A stretch of DNA of 64,000 nucleotides from Chitinophagales bacterium 65-1 (GTDB lineage: Bacteria; Bacteroidota; Bacteroidia; Chitinophagales; Chitinophagaceae). The position numbers and the translations under genes were made by a program. The notes below the pieces were generated by a model that was not told the origin of the DNA, ran no database searches, and was given only the letters and a program-made list of their open reading frames with translations. Position 1 is the first letter of the stretch. Each line of letters opens with the position of its first letter. Below are positions 39,002 to 49,310 of the stretch, piece by piece. The DNA lies in the NCBI GenBank assembly GCA_002050465.1, contig MWYX01000061.1, forward strand, positions 459 to 64,458, in the 5' to 3' direction.

Positions 39002-39032
39002 ATCCTAAGGGAACTTGCAAATATTCATTTCT

Positions 39033-39066
39033 ATCCGCAGCATTTATTTTTGTTGCGGATTTTTTT
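39033..39066 (+). terminator. Intrinsic terminator after sodA
   Basis: atccgcagca/tgttgcggat stem followed by a T-run. Confidence 0.8.
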
Positions 39067-39111
39067 CCTTAGTGATTTAATAAAAAGAGGGCAATGAATA
39101 TTGGCCTTCTT

Positions 39112-39154
39112 TATCCCAATAATCCTATAATCCCATAAATCATGGTTCAGACAA
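39112..39154. repeat. Short AATCC-based 8/9-mer tandem array ending in ggttcagacaa
   Basis: tatcccaat aatcctat aatcccata aatcatggttcagacaa. Confidence 0.6.
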
Positions 39155-39385
39155 TTACGGCACAGGATCATGGCCGTGTCCGCCCCACGGATTGCATCTC
39201 GCAATTCTTTTTATGGTAAGCCACAACCCCTTTATAGCTCCATATTTTTTAAAGGCTTCGATTCCATATTGTGAACACGTAGGAGTAAACCGGCATTGGG
39301 GACCCAACCACGGTGAGATGATCCACTGGTATAATTTTATTAAAAATATAAACGGAAGACTAAGTATTTGCAGCAATGCCTTCAT
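39155..39385 (-). CDS. yidD: Membrane protein insertion efficiency factor YidD
   Basis: [31 protein letters not shown]. Confidence 0.95.
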   Translation of the reverse strand: MKALLQILSLPFIFLIKLYQWIISPWLGPQCRFTPTCSQYGIEAFKKYGAIKGLWLTIKRIARCNPWGGHGHDPVP

Positions 39386-39782
39386 CAGCAATTTTATTTA
39401 ATCGTTTTAAAACAGCTTGCATTTTTTCAGCTACTTCTTTATACTCCGGAATAGAATTGCCTGTATAAATGAAAAATACTGCCATACATTTATTACTTTT
39501 CATTAAGTTTTCAGTTAACGAACTTTTTTGTAACCGGTAAGCTTCTCTAACTAATCTTTTTATCCTGTTTCTGTCAACTGCTTTCTTAAAATATTTCCCG
39601 CTTACAGCAAAACCACTTTGTAATGGAGTAATATTTTCTTTAGAAAAAATATATAATACCCTGAATGGAAAATTAGAAAATGAAATGCCCTGCTTAAACA
39701 AAACTTCAATAAGCTTACGACTTTTAAGCCTTTCTTCTTTTTTAAATGTATATCGTTGTTCTATGATGATCTTTTTCAACAA
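39360..39782 (-). CDS. rnpA: Ribonuclease P protein component
   Basis: [25 protein letters not shown]; start uncertain. Confidence 0.93.
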   Translation of the reverse strand: MLKKIIIEQRYTFKKEERLKSRKLIEVLFKQGISFSNFPFRVLYIFSKENITPLQSGFAVSGKYFKKAVDRNRIKRLVREAYRLQKSSLTENLMKSNKCMAVFFIYTGNSIPEYKEVAEKMQAVLKRLNKIADEGIAANT

Positions 39783-39836
39783 ATATCTTTATATTCTTCG
39801 ATATCGCCGATAGCAATTGGAGAGAATCGCATGAAT

Positions 39837-39863
39837 AAAAAAAGTCCCGCACTTGCCGGGACT
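39837..39863 (-). terminator. Terminator after rpmH
   Basis: agtcccg-cacttgc-cgggact stem with an A-run (U-tail on minus strand). Confidence 0.75.
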
Positions 39864-39873
39864 ATAAATTATT

Positions 39874-39907
39874 ACCTCACCCCAACCCCTCTCCTTATGT
39901 AGAGGGG
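39874..39907. repeat. REP-like hairpin downstream of rpmH
   Basis: acctcaccccaacccctctccttatgtagagggg; stem cccctct/agagggg. Confidence 0.7.
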
Positions 39908-39914
39908 TAAGGAA

Positions 39915-40082
39915 TTATTTTTTATCAACATGCTCATCAGAAACAGAAAGTTTATGCCTTCCTTTTTTTCTTCTGCTTGCTAATACTTTACGGCCATTCG
40001 CTGTTTCCATGCGTTTACGAAAACCATGAACACTTTTTCTGCGGCGTTTATGTGGTTGATAGGTTCTTTTTTTTCCGGGCAT
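39915..40082 (-). CDS. rpmH: 50S ribosomal protein L34, absent from the ORF track
   Basis: [55 protein letters not shown]; upstream of rnpA-yidD. Confidence 0.97.
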   Translation of the reverse strand: MPGKKRTYQPHKRRRKSVHGFRKRMETANGRKVLASRRKKGRHKLSVSDEHVDKK

Positions 40083-40233
40083 TTTATTAAAATTTTCCTT
40101 TACAAATTAACAATTTCGATTTTTAACAACAGGACACCATTCCTGATGATTGTGAAAGGGGGGCAAAGGTAATAAAATTATTTGTCCAAAAGTCTCATAT
40201 GGAAAGATTTTTGGTCGCTTATGCAAGATAATT

Positions 40234-41058
40234 TCAACGAATATCAATATGAATGGATTTTAAACTTTTTCCATAAAAAACTGTGCTGTGCCTGTCAAAA
40301 TCTTCTGCAGAATCAGTTGTATATAGATCTACGTTAGAATTCTTGCCACATTTTTTATCTATTTCCGGATGCCGGCATAGGTAATCTTTTAAGCTTTCAG
40401 CTATTATTTCCCCCTGCGAGATAATATTAATATTTAAAGGAGTTAAACGCCTGATCTTATCAAATAAGAGAGGATAATGAGTACAGGCAAGCAAAATGGT
40501 ATCTATTTCTTTAGACTGATTAATAAGGTTATCTATATCTTTTTTTATGAAAAAATCAGCCCCTTCAGTATTATATTCATTACTTTCTACTAAGGGAACC
40601 CATAAGGGACACGCCTGTTGAAAAACTTTTACTGCGGGAAAAAATTTTTTGATTTCAATAGGATATGACTCAGATTGTACAGTGCCATTAGTGCCTAAAA
40701 TTCCGATAGTATTGGTTTTAGTATTGTAACCAATAATTTCAGCTGTTGGCCTGATAACACCTAAAACTCTTTTATCTGGAGCTATTGCCGGAAGATCTTT
40801 TTGCTGAATTGTTCTTAAAGCCTTGGCCGAAGCAGTATTACAGGCAAGGATCACCAGGGGACAACCATGATTCAAATACCATTTTACACATTGTAAAGTA
40901 TATTGATAAACTGCCTCAAAGCTTCGGGTACCATAGGGCGCACGGGCATTGTCTCCAAGGTATAAATAATCATATTCGGGAAGACTATTTACCAGCTCTT
41001 TCAATATTGTTAAGCCTCCATAACCTGAATCGAAAACGCCAATAGGTTTACCGCTCAT
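40234..41058 (-). CDS. murI: Glutamate racemase
   Basis: FDSGYGGLT, PYGTR, ACNTASA, LACTHYP. Confidence 0.97.
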   Translation of the reverse strand: MSGKPIGVFDSGYGGLTILKELVNSLPEYDYLYLGDNARAPYGTRSFEAVYQYTLQCVKWYLNHGCPLVILACNTASAKALRTIQQKDLPAIAPDKRVLGVIRPTAEIIGYNTKTNTIGILGTNGTVQSESYPIEIKKFFPAVKVFQQACPLWVPLVESNEYNTEGADFFIKKDIDNLINQSKEIDTILLACTHYPLLFDKIRRLTPLNINIISQGEIIAESLKDYLCRHPEIDKKCGKNSNVDLYTTDSAEDFDRHSTVFYGKSLKSIHIDIR

Positions 41059-41070
41059 TTATCAAAAGTA

Positions 41071-41102
41071 AAAAGCCATACGTCAACCGGCGGATGGCTT
41101 TT
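41071..41102 (-). terminator. Terminator-like hairpin after the ompH pair
   Basis: aaaagccat/atggctttt inverted repeat. Confidence 0.65.
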
Positions 41103-41123
41103 AATTATTTATCGGTAATTAAA

Positions 41124-41669
41124 TTACTTTTTTGGAATTGTAGGAGTCGTTTTTGGAGCCGCTGCTTTAATACCTAATTTCTTTCTTACCAGAGCAGCAA
41201 TATCATCTCCGGGAGGGGCAACTAATAAAGCTTCTCTTGGAAATACATATGTATAACCATTTTCTTTTGCCACGTCCTGAATAGCAGCCTGTAATCTTCT
41301 TTGAATTGGTAGAGATAATTCCTGTCTTTTTTGTTCAAACTGTTGTTGAATTTGTTGTTCTGCACCACTAAGCTCCTGAACCTGCTTTTGAAGTTCAGTT
41401 CTTTTTACTTCTTTCAAACTTGGATTCATGGTAGCTGAATCTTTGTAAAATCTTGCCACGGCATCATTAAAAGCATTTTGCTTATCCTGGGCATTTTGAT
41501 ATAAGGATTGTTGGAACTGATTTAAGGCCGTATCCACTTTGGCTGCTTCCGGCATTGAAACAATAATTTCATCGGCGCTTATATAGCCGATCTTAACCTG
41601 GGCTTTACCGGTATTTAATATTCCAAAAATTCCCATTGCAATTAATCCGAGTGTAATAAACTTTTTCAT
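41124..41669 (-). CDS. OmpH/Skp periplasmic chaperone
   Basis: KIGYI..MPE, AIQDVAKENGYTYV; downstream of bamA. Confidence 0.9.
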   Translation of the reverse strand: MKKFITLGLIAMGIFGILNTGKAQVKIGYISADEIIVSMPEAAKVDTALNQFQQSLYQNAQDKQNAFNDAVARFYKDSATMNPSLKEVKRTELQKQVQELSGAEQQIQQQFEQKRQELSLPIQRRLQAAIQDVAKENGYTYVFPREALLVAPPGDDIAALVRKKLGIKAAAPKTTPTIPKK

Positions 41670-41773
41670 TTTTTCTTTTTGTTATTTATTTATAGTGTTT
41701 AAAATCTTTATTTAAGCTGCACCGCTTTTTCTGTTTTGCAATTAATTAACAGCACTATACTTGTGATAGGCAA

Positions 41774-42286
41774 TTATCGCACTCCCAATTCTCTTAACAC
41801 ATCATCACTCTTATCCAGTTTTGGGTCGGCAAAGATAACGGTTATCCCTTCACTTTTATCCAATATAAAATCATAAGATTTTGCGATGGCCAATCTTTGA
41901 ATAGCGTTATATACTTTATCCTGTATTGGTTTAATGAGTTCCTGTCTCTTTTTGAAAATATCACCTTCATATCCATATCTTTTTTTTTGAAGGTTACTTA
42001 ATTCCTTTTCCCGGTTAAATAATTCATCTTCTCTTTTTTTCTTTAACTCATCGCTAAGCATTACCTGTTCAGCATCAAACTGTTTATACATCTTATCCAG
42101 TTCGGCTGATTTTTTATCAATTTCCTGCTGCCATTGCTCGCTAAATTGATCCAGCCTTTGTTGGGCTGATCTATATTCCGGCAACTTATGCAAAATATAT
42201 TTCGAATCTATTACAGCATATCGTTGAGCGCTGCAATTAAAAATTGCTCCGATCAAGAAAACAGAAAATAGTATATTCTTTATCAT
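41774..42286 (-). CDS. OmpH/Skp periplasmic chaperone
   Basis: YAVIDSKYIL..LPEY, LIKPIQDKVYNAI, YDFILDK. Confidence 0.9.
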   Translation of the reverse strand: MIKNILFSVFLIGAIFNCSAQRYAVIDSKYILHKLPEYRSAQQRLDQFSEQWQQEIDKKSAELDKMYKQFDAEQVMLSDELKKKREDELFNREKELSNLQKKRYGYEGDIFKKRQELIKPIQDKVYNAIQRLAIAKSYDFILDKSEGITVIFADPKLDKSDDVLRELGVR

Positions 42287-42304
42287 TTATACCTGTATAT
42301 TACT

Positions 42305-45043
42305 TTACTCAGGCTCCTGCCCGAGCATGAAAGTAAATTTTGCTGCACTTTTTAATGGTTCACCTGCCCGTATTCTGTCTAATCCAATGCCATAATCAAA
42401 CCCTAACAAACCGAACATTGGTAAAAAGAACCGCATACCTACGCCAACAGAGCGGCGAAGTTTGAATGGATTATAATCCTTGAATTTATACCACCCATTA
42501 GCTGCTTCAAAAAATGCAAGTCCATAAATTGTACTGCTGGCCGCTGTGGTAAAGGGATATCTTAATTCTAGTACATATTTATTGAATATAGGGAAGAATT
42601 CTTTTGCACTACTTTGATCAGGGTTAATTTTTGGATCAGTATTATCATATACAGGATATCCCCTGTGTGCAATAATATCGTATCCCAACAAAGCAAAATT
42701 ATTGCTTAATCCTGCATCTCCTAACTGGAAACGTTCAAATGGCGAAGTTTCAATTTTGGTATTATAACGTCCGAGAAAACCAAATTTAGCAGCAGTTTTT
42801 AATACGAACTGTTTATTTTTTTCTGCCCCATGGGCTTTTCCAATAGGCACATACCATTCTGCATTAAAACGTTCTTTATGAAATTCAACGTACTTATACT
42901 TTTGAACAGGGTCACTGTATAAGGCAATATCTCTGAATAATGAATATGGAGGTGTTACCTGTACACTTAATGCAAAATTGGAGCCGCTGGTAGGAAAGAT
43001 AGGATTAGGGCCTGCGGAGCTGCGTGCAAGTGTTACTTTAAAACTAACATTGTTTGAATTACCGGTTTTTAGTCCCGGGAAAATATTATAATTCCTCAAA
43101 ATATATTGTTGAAAATTCAGGGAATATACCAGTGAAAAATAATCATCCGGCCATTTTAATTGTTTGCCTAAAGAAATTCCAACCCCTGTTGTTTTTATGA
43201 AAGATGAATCTGCATAATCACGATTATACCCACCCGTAAAGGGATCGTATGCATTTGCATATTTAGTATTATAATAACTTACTGTAAAGGAATTTCTTCT
43301 TTTGCCTCCTAACCACGGTTCAGTAAATGAAAAATTATAAGAACGGAATGCTTTACCATTGCTCTGAACTCTTAAACTAAGTTTTTGCCCATCGCCTGTA
43401 GGCAAGGGAGACCATGCTGTTTTTTTAAAAATATTATTGATAGAAAAATTATTAAACGTTACCCCAAGTGTGCCGGTTAAGCCAATACCTCCTCCAAAGC
43501 CTGCAGATAGTTCCAGCTGGTCAGATGATTTTTCTTCCAGGCCCCAGTTAATATCTACCGTTCCATTATCAGCGTTAGGAACAACACCCGGATTAATTTT
43601 TTCAGGATTAAAAAATCCTAACTGAGATAATTCTCTTTGAGTACGAATGATATCTGCACGACTGAATTTTTCTCCGGGTATAGTTCTTAACTCCCGGCGA
43701 ATAACGTATTCTTTTGTTTTATCATTACCACTTATGGTTACATTTCCAATGGTTGCTTGCGGGCCTTCAACAATTCTTATTTCATGATCGATAGTATCAT
43801 TATATACCGCAGTTTCAACGGGGTCTATCCTGAAGAATAAATAACCGTCATCCATGTATAAGCTGCTTATGTCTCCCCCTTCAGGCGAAGCCTGTTTGCC
43901 CAATCTTTTATTAAGCGTTTCAACATTATATGTCTCTCCTTTTTGAATGCCCAGAAAAGCATTTAATAATGAATCAGAATATTTGGTATTGCCACGCCAT
44001 GTTGTATTTCCAAAATAATATTTACGGCCTTCCTGCAATTTTATGGCTATGTTCATATCGCCTTTATTATTATAATACTGAGTATCAGCAACAATTACCG
44101 CATCTCTAAAACCCTGGGAATTATAAAAATCCAGTATTTTGTTTTTGTCCTCTATGTATTTTTTATCATTGAATTTTGCCGAAGAAAATAATTTAAAACG
44201 GAAATATGGATCAATGAGTTCCTTTGTTTTTGATACAGATAAATAACCGTTCTCTTTTAAATAATTTCTAAAACCAAGTGTATCGTTTTTTTCTCCATAA
44301 GGATTTGTATCATTTGAAGGATATAATGTAAGCCGGCTTTTTTCTTTAGTTCCCTTCATCTGCTTTTTAAGCCTGGTATCCTGAACATTTTCATTACCTG
44401 CAAAATTTATTTCATTTACCCTTACCCTGTTTTTCTTGTCCACAATAAAAGTTAATAAAACAACATTTGCAGCCCCAGTGTCTTTTTTTTCTGCAACCTG
44501 CACATCTATATTTCTATAACCCTTGTCTACAAAAAATTTACGGATGTTATCTGCAGCAGTACGTTTCATGTTTTCGGTAACAACCCTTCCCTTTATCAAT
44601 CCCGTTTTAGTTACAAGGTCGTCGGCTTCTCCTTTTTTAATTCCAACAAATTTAAAATTAGATAATCGTGGCCTCTCTGTTATATTAATTTCCACATACA
44701 GGTTTTTTCCAACAAGCCTGGTAAAATATATTTCTACATTTGATATAAGATTTTGCTTCCATAAATTATTTATTCCTTTACTAAAGGCATCCGTACCCGG
44801 AATGGTTACTTTATCTCCAACAGCTATACCGGAAATTGAAACTATAAGATTGGGATCAAAAGATTGCGTACCTGTAACTTGTATACCTGCAATTGTATAT
44901 TGCTGAGGAGTTTTAGAATTAAAGATATTTTCAAGCTCAACATTTACAGATGTAGGAAGTGTGTCGTTACCAATTTGAGCGCTGGTGGTTTTGGTAATTA
45001 AAAGGATGACAATGAAGAAAGAATACAGGTAAAATTTCGGCAT
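42305..45043 (-). CDS. bamA: Outer membrane protein assembly factor BamA
   Basis: POTRA repeats (GNDKTKEYVIRREL), beta-barrel, HRGY variant of the RGY loop; uppS-bamA-ompH order. Confidence 0.95.
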   Translation of the reverse strand: MPKFYLYSFFIVILLITKTTSAQIGNDTLPTSVNVELENIFNSKTPQQYTIAGIQVTGTQSFDPNLIVSISGIAVGDKVTIPGTDAFSKGINNLWKQNLISNVEIYFTRLVGKNLYVEINITERPRLSNFKFVGIKKGEADDLVTKTGLIKGRVVTENMKRTAADNIRKFFVDKGYRNIDVQVAEKKDTGAANVVLLTFIVDKKNRVRVNEINFAGNENVQDTRLKKQMKGTKEKSRLTLYPSNDTNPYGEKNDTLGFRNYLKENGYLSVSKTKELIDPYFRFKLFSSAKFNDKKYIEDKNKILDFYNSQGFRDAVIVADTQYYNNKGDMNIAIKLQEGRKYYFGNTTWRGNTKYSDSLLNAFLGIQKGETYNVETLNKRLGKQASPEGGDISSLYMDDGYLFFRIDPVETAVYNDTIDHEIRIVEGPQATIGNVTISGNDKTKEYVIRRELRTIPGEKFSRADIIRTQRELSQLGFFNPEKINPGVVPNADNGTVDINWGLEEKSSDQLELSAGFGGGIGLTGTLGVTFNNFSINNIFKKTAWSPLPTGDGQKLSLRVQSNGKAFRSYNFSFTEPWLGGKRRNSFTVSYYNTKYANAYDPFTGGYNRDYADSSFIKTTGVGISLGKQLKWPDDYFSLVYSLNFQQYILRNYNIFPGLKTGNSNNVSFKVTLARSSAGPNPIFPTSGSNFALSVQVTPPYSLFRDIALYSDPVQKYKYVEFHKERFNAEWYVPIGKAHGAEKNKQFVLKTAAKFGFLGRYNTKIETSPFERFQLGDAGLSNNFALLGYDIIAHRGYPVYDNTDPKINPDQSSAKEFFPIFNKYVLELRYPFTTAASSTIYGLAFFEAANGWYKFKDYNPFKLRRSVGVGMRFFLPMFGLLGFDYGIGLDRIRAGEPLKSAAKFTFMLGQEPE

Positions 45044-45117
45044 TAAAAATCAATTTATCAGGTGGGCAAGATACTGGCAATAATTAAAAGTATTTGTTAA
45101 ATAGTTTAACAAAACCC

Positions 45118-45876
45118 TTATAAAACCTGTTCTGTATTGTTTTTTATCTGTTGTGTGGTTTTACCAAATCTTCGTTCTCTTTGCTGGTAATCAATAATGG
45201 CTGCGTATAAATTTTCCTTTCTGAAATCAGGCCATAAGGTATCTGTAAAATATAATTCAGCATATGCTAACTGGTATAATAAAAAATTACTTATCCTGAA
45301 TTCCCCGCTTGTTCTTATCATCAATTCGGGATCAGGAAATGGTGCAGTACTTAAATATTGTTGCAGGATATCTTGGGTAATATCTGCTGGATTGAGCTTA
45401 TTGTTTTTTACATCTGCCGCTATTTTTTTAACGGCATCTGTTAATTCCCATCTGCTGCTGTAGCTTAAAGCCATTATAAGATTAAGACCGGTATTATTTT
45501 TTGTTTCGCCTATTGCCTCATCCAACTCTTTTTTTGCAGCATCAGGCAACATCTCAAAGTTTCCGATAACATGCAACCTGATATTATTTTTATTAAGTGT
45601 TGGAACTTCCTGGCGTATGGTATCAATAAGTAATTCCATTAAGCCTGTCACTTCATCTTTTGGCCTGTCCCAGTTTTCTGTACTAAATGCATATAGGGTA
45701 AGATATTGAACTCGTAATTCCGCACATCCTTCTACTATATCCCGTACACTTTCTACCCCATGAAAATGTCCGAAAAGCCGGTCTTCACCTTTTTCATTTG
45801 CCCATCTGCCATTTCCATCCATAATGATTGCGATGTGACGGGGAAGCTTTTCAATATCAATATCTTCTTTAGGCAC
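45118..45876 (-). CDS. uppS: Undecaprenyl diphosphate synthase
   Basis: HIAIIMDGNGRW, AFSTENW, IRTSGEFRISNFLL. Confidence 0.97.
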   Translation of the reverse strand: MPKEDIDIEKLPRHIAIIMDGNGRWANEKGEDRLFGHFHGVESVRDIVEGCAELRVQYLTLYAFSTENWDRPKDEVTGLMELLIDTIRQEVPTLNKNNIRLHVIGNFEMLPDAAKKELDEAIGETKNNTGLNLIMALSYSSRWELTDAVKKIAADVKNNKLNPADITQDILQQYLSTAPFPDPELMIRTSGEFRISNFLLYQLAYAELYFTDTLWPDFRKENLYAAIIDYQQRERRFGKTTQQIKNNTEQVL

Positions 45877-45940
45877 TAAGGTTAAAAATTTAAGTCAGGC
45901 AATGGGCCTGACTTGTTGCAAATGTAATACTTATTAAATA

Positions 45941-46786
45941 TCAGGGATTAACGGTAGGGCATTTATACGAAGTTAAATTAAAAGATAATCCAACTTCAGC
46001 AATAAGATACTGATCTCTTTGTTTACTCCATCCTCTCTGCCTGCCTTCAACTCCTATAGGCTCTCCGGTTTCAAAAGAACGATCCTGCATAATTGATGCA
46101 ATTGATGGTATGCCGCTGGCAGAGGGAAATTTATCTATCCCAATATAAGTTGTGCTTACATCATCTAAATAATCTGTACGGGTAAAACGATGTGCAACTT
46201 CAAAAGATAAATTTAAATTTTGACTGATACTATATTTAAAACCTATCCCGATAGGAAAACAAAGTGCTGTAGTACCATATGCTTTTCTATCTAAATAGAA
46301 AGTCTGGCCCTCAGTATTTAACGGGCGAAGAAGAATTTTTTCATTTTGATAATAGGCATATGGATCAAATCCAAAAACCCCAATCCCTAATGTAACATAG
46401 GGTGTAAAAAGATGACCCGGATCATCAGGAATAAATTTAAAAAAATTAAAATCACCCTGTAACGCAATTTCCCAGATATTGGAATTGAAACTTAAATTTC
46501 GGGATTTTTGAAAATCATCTTTACTATAAACATCGCTATACCCTAATTGAGCATAATGCCCGGAAATCCTTAGCCCGATATAATCTCCAAATTGCTTTCT
46601 GAAAAAACCTCCAATGGCAATTTTTGGGCGGTTAAAAGCAGCCCTGTTATTTAAATCTCCAAAATAATGAGCAGCACCAATAGTGAATCCGAATTGACCT
46701 TCCTGTACATCAGAGAACTGCGCCTTTGCATTATTTATATTTAAAAATAAAAGGATGGTAAATAGTAACGGTGATTTATTTATCAT
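45941..46786 (-). CDS. Outer-membrane beta-barrel protein (DUF6089/PorG-like)
   Basis: Signal peptide, YFGDLN, RNLSF, TDYLDDVS; nadK-X-uppS position. Confidence 0.75.
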   Translation of the reverse strand: MINKSPLLFTILLFLNINNAKAQFSDVQEGQFGFTIGAAHYFGDLNNRAAFNRPKIAIGGFFRKQFGDYIGLRISGHYAQLGYSDVYSKDDFQKSRNLSFNSNIWEIALQGDFNFFKFIPDDPGHLFTPYVTLGIGVFGFDPYAYYQNEKILLRPLNTEGQTFYLDRKAYGTTALCFPIGIGFKYSISQNLNLSFEVAHRFTRTDYLDDVSTTYIGIDKFPSASGIPSIASIMQDRSFETGEPIGVEGRQRGWSKQRDQYLIAEVGLSFNLTSYKCPTVNP

Positions 46787-46847
46787 GGAGTGAAAATAAA
46801 CGAAAAAGATAAGTTTTTATTATGAAGATAATTGGAAGTTTTATAAT

Positions 46848-47726
46848 TCAATTCCTTTTATCCAATCCCCAGGATAATTTATTACGCAGTGTCTGTAAAA
46901 AATTATTCTCATTAAGCCGGATAAGATTAATACCAAAAGATTCTTTTTTTACAGCAAGCTGCACATCTTTGTCTACAATTTCCCTTCGGCTATCGAGGGT
47001 ACACAGAAATCCATCTGTGCGTCCTTCTATCTCAAAGGAAATTATATTATTATCGGGTACAATTATAGGCCTGATATTAAGATTGTGAGGGGATATAGGT
47101 GTAATAACAAAACTTGCTGATTCAGGGAAAATTACCGGCCCATTACAGCTTAATGAGTAACCGGTAGAGCCTGTGGGTGTTGCTACAATCAATCCATCAG
47201 CCCAATAAGTATTTAAAAATTCGCCATTAAGGTAGGTATGAATTTTTATCATTGGTGAAGTATCTTTTTTATGTATGGTTATTTCATTTAAAGCATAAGG
47301 CACTTTATCAAACAAGGGCATATTCGCATCAAGATGCAACAGTGTTCTCTTGTCGAGCATATACGTTCTCTTAACCAAAGCCTCTACAGCTGTATGTAAT
47401 TCATCCTTACCAATGCTTGCTAAAAAGCCAAGCCTTCCATAATTTATTCCAAGAACAGGAATACCGGTATCCCTTACAAAAGTTACTGTGTCGAGTAAAG
47501 TGCCATCACCACCAAGGCTTATAATACAATCAATATCATCTATGAGATCTTCAGAGCAATTAAAAGTGGAATATTTATCACCAAAATTGATAGTAGAATA
47601 AAATTGATTAAAAAAATCCTGAAAAATTACCGGTTCAATTTTATAAGCTGTTAATTCACTTAATAATAATTTTATTCCATTTTGGTGATCAGCATCCAAA
47701 CCCCTGCTATATATAGCTATCCGCAT
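46848..47726 (-). CDS. nadK: NAD kinase
   Basis: GGDGT, GRLGFL, ALNE, DGLIVATPTGSTGYSLS. Confidence 0.97.
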   Translation of the reverse strand: MRIAIYSRGLDADHQNGIKLLLSELTAYKIEPVIFQDFFNQFYSTINFGDKYSTFNCSEDLIDDIDCIISLGGDGTLLDTVTFVRDTGIPVLGINYGRLGFLASIGKDELHTAVEALVKRTYMLDKRTLLHLDANMPLFDKVPYALNEITIHKKDTSPMIKIHTYLNGEFLNTYWADGLIVATPTGSTGYSLSCNGPVIFPESASFVITPISPHNLNIRPIIVPDNNIISFEIEGRTDGFLCTLDSRREIVDKDVQLAVKKESFGINLIRLNENNFLQTLRNKLSWGLDKRN

Positions 47727-47761
47727 TTAGAAAAATTTGTGCAGAGAATTTAAATGAAGTA

Positions 47762-49237
47762 TTAAAATCCTTTCTCGTTATGTAAAAATAATCTCTTTTG
47801 ACCTAATTGATTCAAACTATACTCTATACGAATTTGCAAATCATAAATGGTTACAATATCCAGGCCTATACCTGTACTGCCTAAAAACGTATTATTCAGT
47901 CTTGTAACAAACTCTTCCTTATTATAACTATAACCCATATCAGCAAAAGTTTTTGCGTAAATGCGAAAAGGAATTTTATTAAGTGTTTTAGATTTTTTAA
48001 AAATTGTATTTATAGTAAAATTGAATATTTCTCTTTTCAGATTAAACTTTGATATAGCATATGCAACCCCATCTATTACTTTATATTCCAGTCCACGGAC
48101 GTATCTATTATTATAACCAAGAGCCTGTTGGTTTATATACGCCTGTTTAAAGGGTAATTTAATATTCCCCTGGAGTTGTACGCTTGCATACCATTTTTTA
48201 CCTAAAGACAAGTATTTATTATACTGGCCATCTATAAAAAATACATTTATACCTCCGGTAAAGCCAAGTCCTCTTTTTCCTATTCCAATACTACCGGAAA
48301 GCCCTGTAAGCGGATATAAAATATTATTTACATCACTATATCCAAGTGTATAAAAAAGATCAACATAACCAATTTTTGAAGTGGGTTTATTAAAATAATT
48401 TTTATTATAAGTTTCTGAAATAATAGAATCATCAATGTTTAAGTGCGTATAATTAAGATTGAAGGAATGAGATATTTTTAGTCCTTTTCTTATGCTATAT
48501 CCTAACTGAATTTCCAATGCTTTTCTTACAAAATTTTTCCTCTTAAAAAAAACAACCTCATTGTCATAACTGGTTTTATACACCATTTCTCTGTTTTGAA
48601 AATAACCACCACCTACAGAGAAACCATGGGTTAATTCCTCATTTGCATAAGGTGCCCGGTAATTGAATGATACAGTTTTTGTATAACCATTAAGGAAATG
48701 AAGCCGTAGCTGATCTTTTCGTCCGGTTAAATTATGATGAGTAAACTTTACACCATAGTTTAACCTGTTCCAATCACCTTTATACTTCATCAGCCATTCA
48801 TTAAAGGTGCCATCAACAAATTGTAACTCAGGTAAAGGAAATATGTACCAACGCTCTTTTACTGTAATATTAATATCAAATTCTGAAGCACTGATAAAAA
48901 CAGGCTCTGCCACTACATCTACAAAAAGAATCAGGTTATATATACGCTGTCTGTCTTTTTCTAAAAGATTGATTAAATTAATTGCAGGAATAGAATCTCC
49001 TGGTTTTAACTGCATTTCTCTTAAGATGATATAATCTCTTGTTTTTTTATTCCCGGTAATTGAAACTTTTCTCAGGTGAAGGGAGGCTGCAGAATCAGCA
49101 GTAATCAGCGATTGTAAATATAGAGTAGCTGTTTCATTATTTTTTTGAGCAAATGAATATTGACTAATACAAATCAATATAAAAATTGCGATCGTTTGTT
49201 TAAAAAATTTTGCAGGAGGTGTTTTCAAAGTTATCAC
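47762..49237 (-). CDS. Omp85-family protein with a single POTRA domain
   Basis: ITGNKKTRDYIILREM POTRA motif, VKERWY, YVRGLE loop, terminal Phe; start uncertain. Confidence 0.8.
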   Translation of the reverse strand: MITLKTPPAKFFKQTIAIFILICISQYSFAQKNNETATLYLQSLITADSAASLHLRKVSITGNKKTRDYIILREMQLKPGDSIPAINLINLLEKDRQRIYNLILFVDVVAEPVFISASEFDINITVKERWYIFPLPELQFVDGTFNEWLMKYKGDWNRLNYGVKFTHHNLTGRKDQLRLHFLNGYTKTVSFNYRAPYANEELTHGFSVGGGYFQNREMVYKTSYDNEVVFFKRKNFVRKALEIQLGYSIRKGLKISHSFNLNYTHLNIDDSIISETYNKNYFNKPTSKIGYVDLFYTLGYSDVNNILYPLTGLSGSIGIGKRGLGFTGGINVFFIDGQYNKYLSLGKKWYASVQLQGNIKLPFKQAYINQQALGYNNRYVRGLEYKVIDGVAYAISKFNLKREIFNFTINTIFKKSKTLNKIPFRIYAKTFADMGYSYNKEEFVTRLNNTFLGSTGIGLDIVTIYDLQIRIEYSLNQLGQKRLFLHNEKGF

Positions 49238-49310
49238 AGATACTTGCGAAGGAAAAATTGAAAAAATTGTGTGTAAATTTAATCATTTAGAAGAGAACGG
49301 GGCAACTAAC

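Noticed and set aside
39806-39821. ccgatagcaattgg, a possible degenerate short palindrome repeat
   Set aside because: Single, short and imperfect copy; cannot be supported from this window.
45892-45914. Hairpin aagtcaggc/gcctgactt upstream of uppS as a terminator or riboswitch
   Set aside because: The 9-bp stem is real, but there is no clear U-tail or aptamer features; function cannot be assigned.
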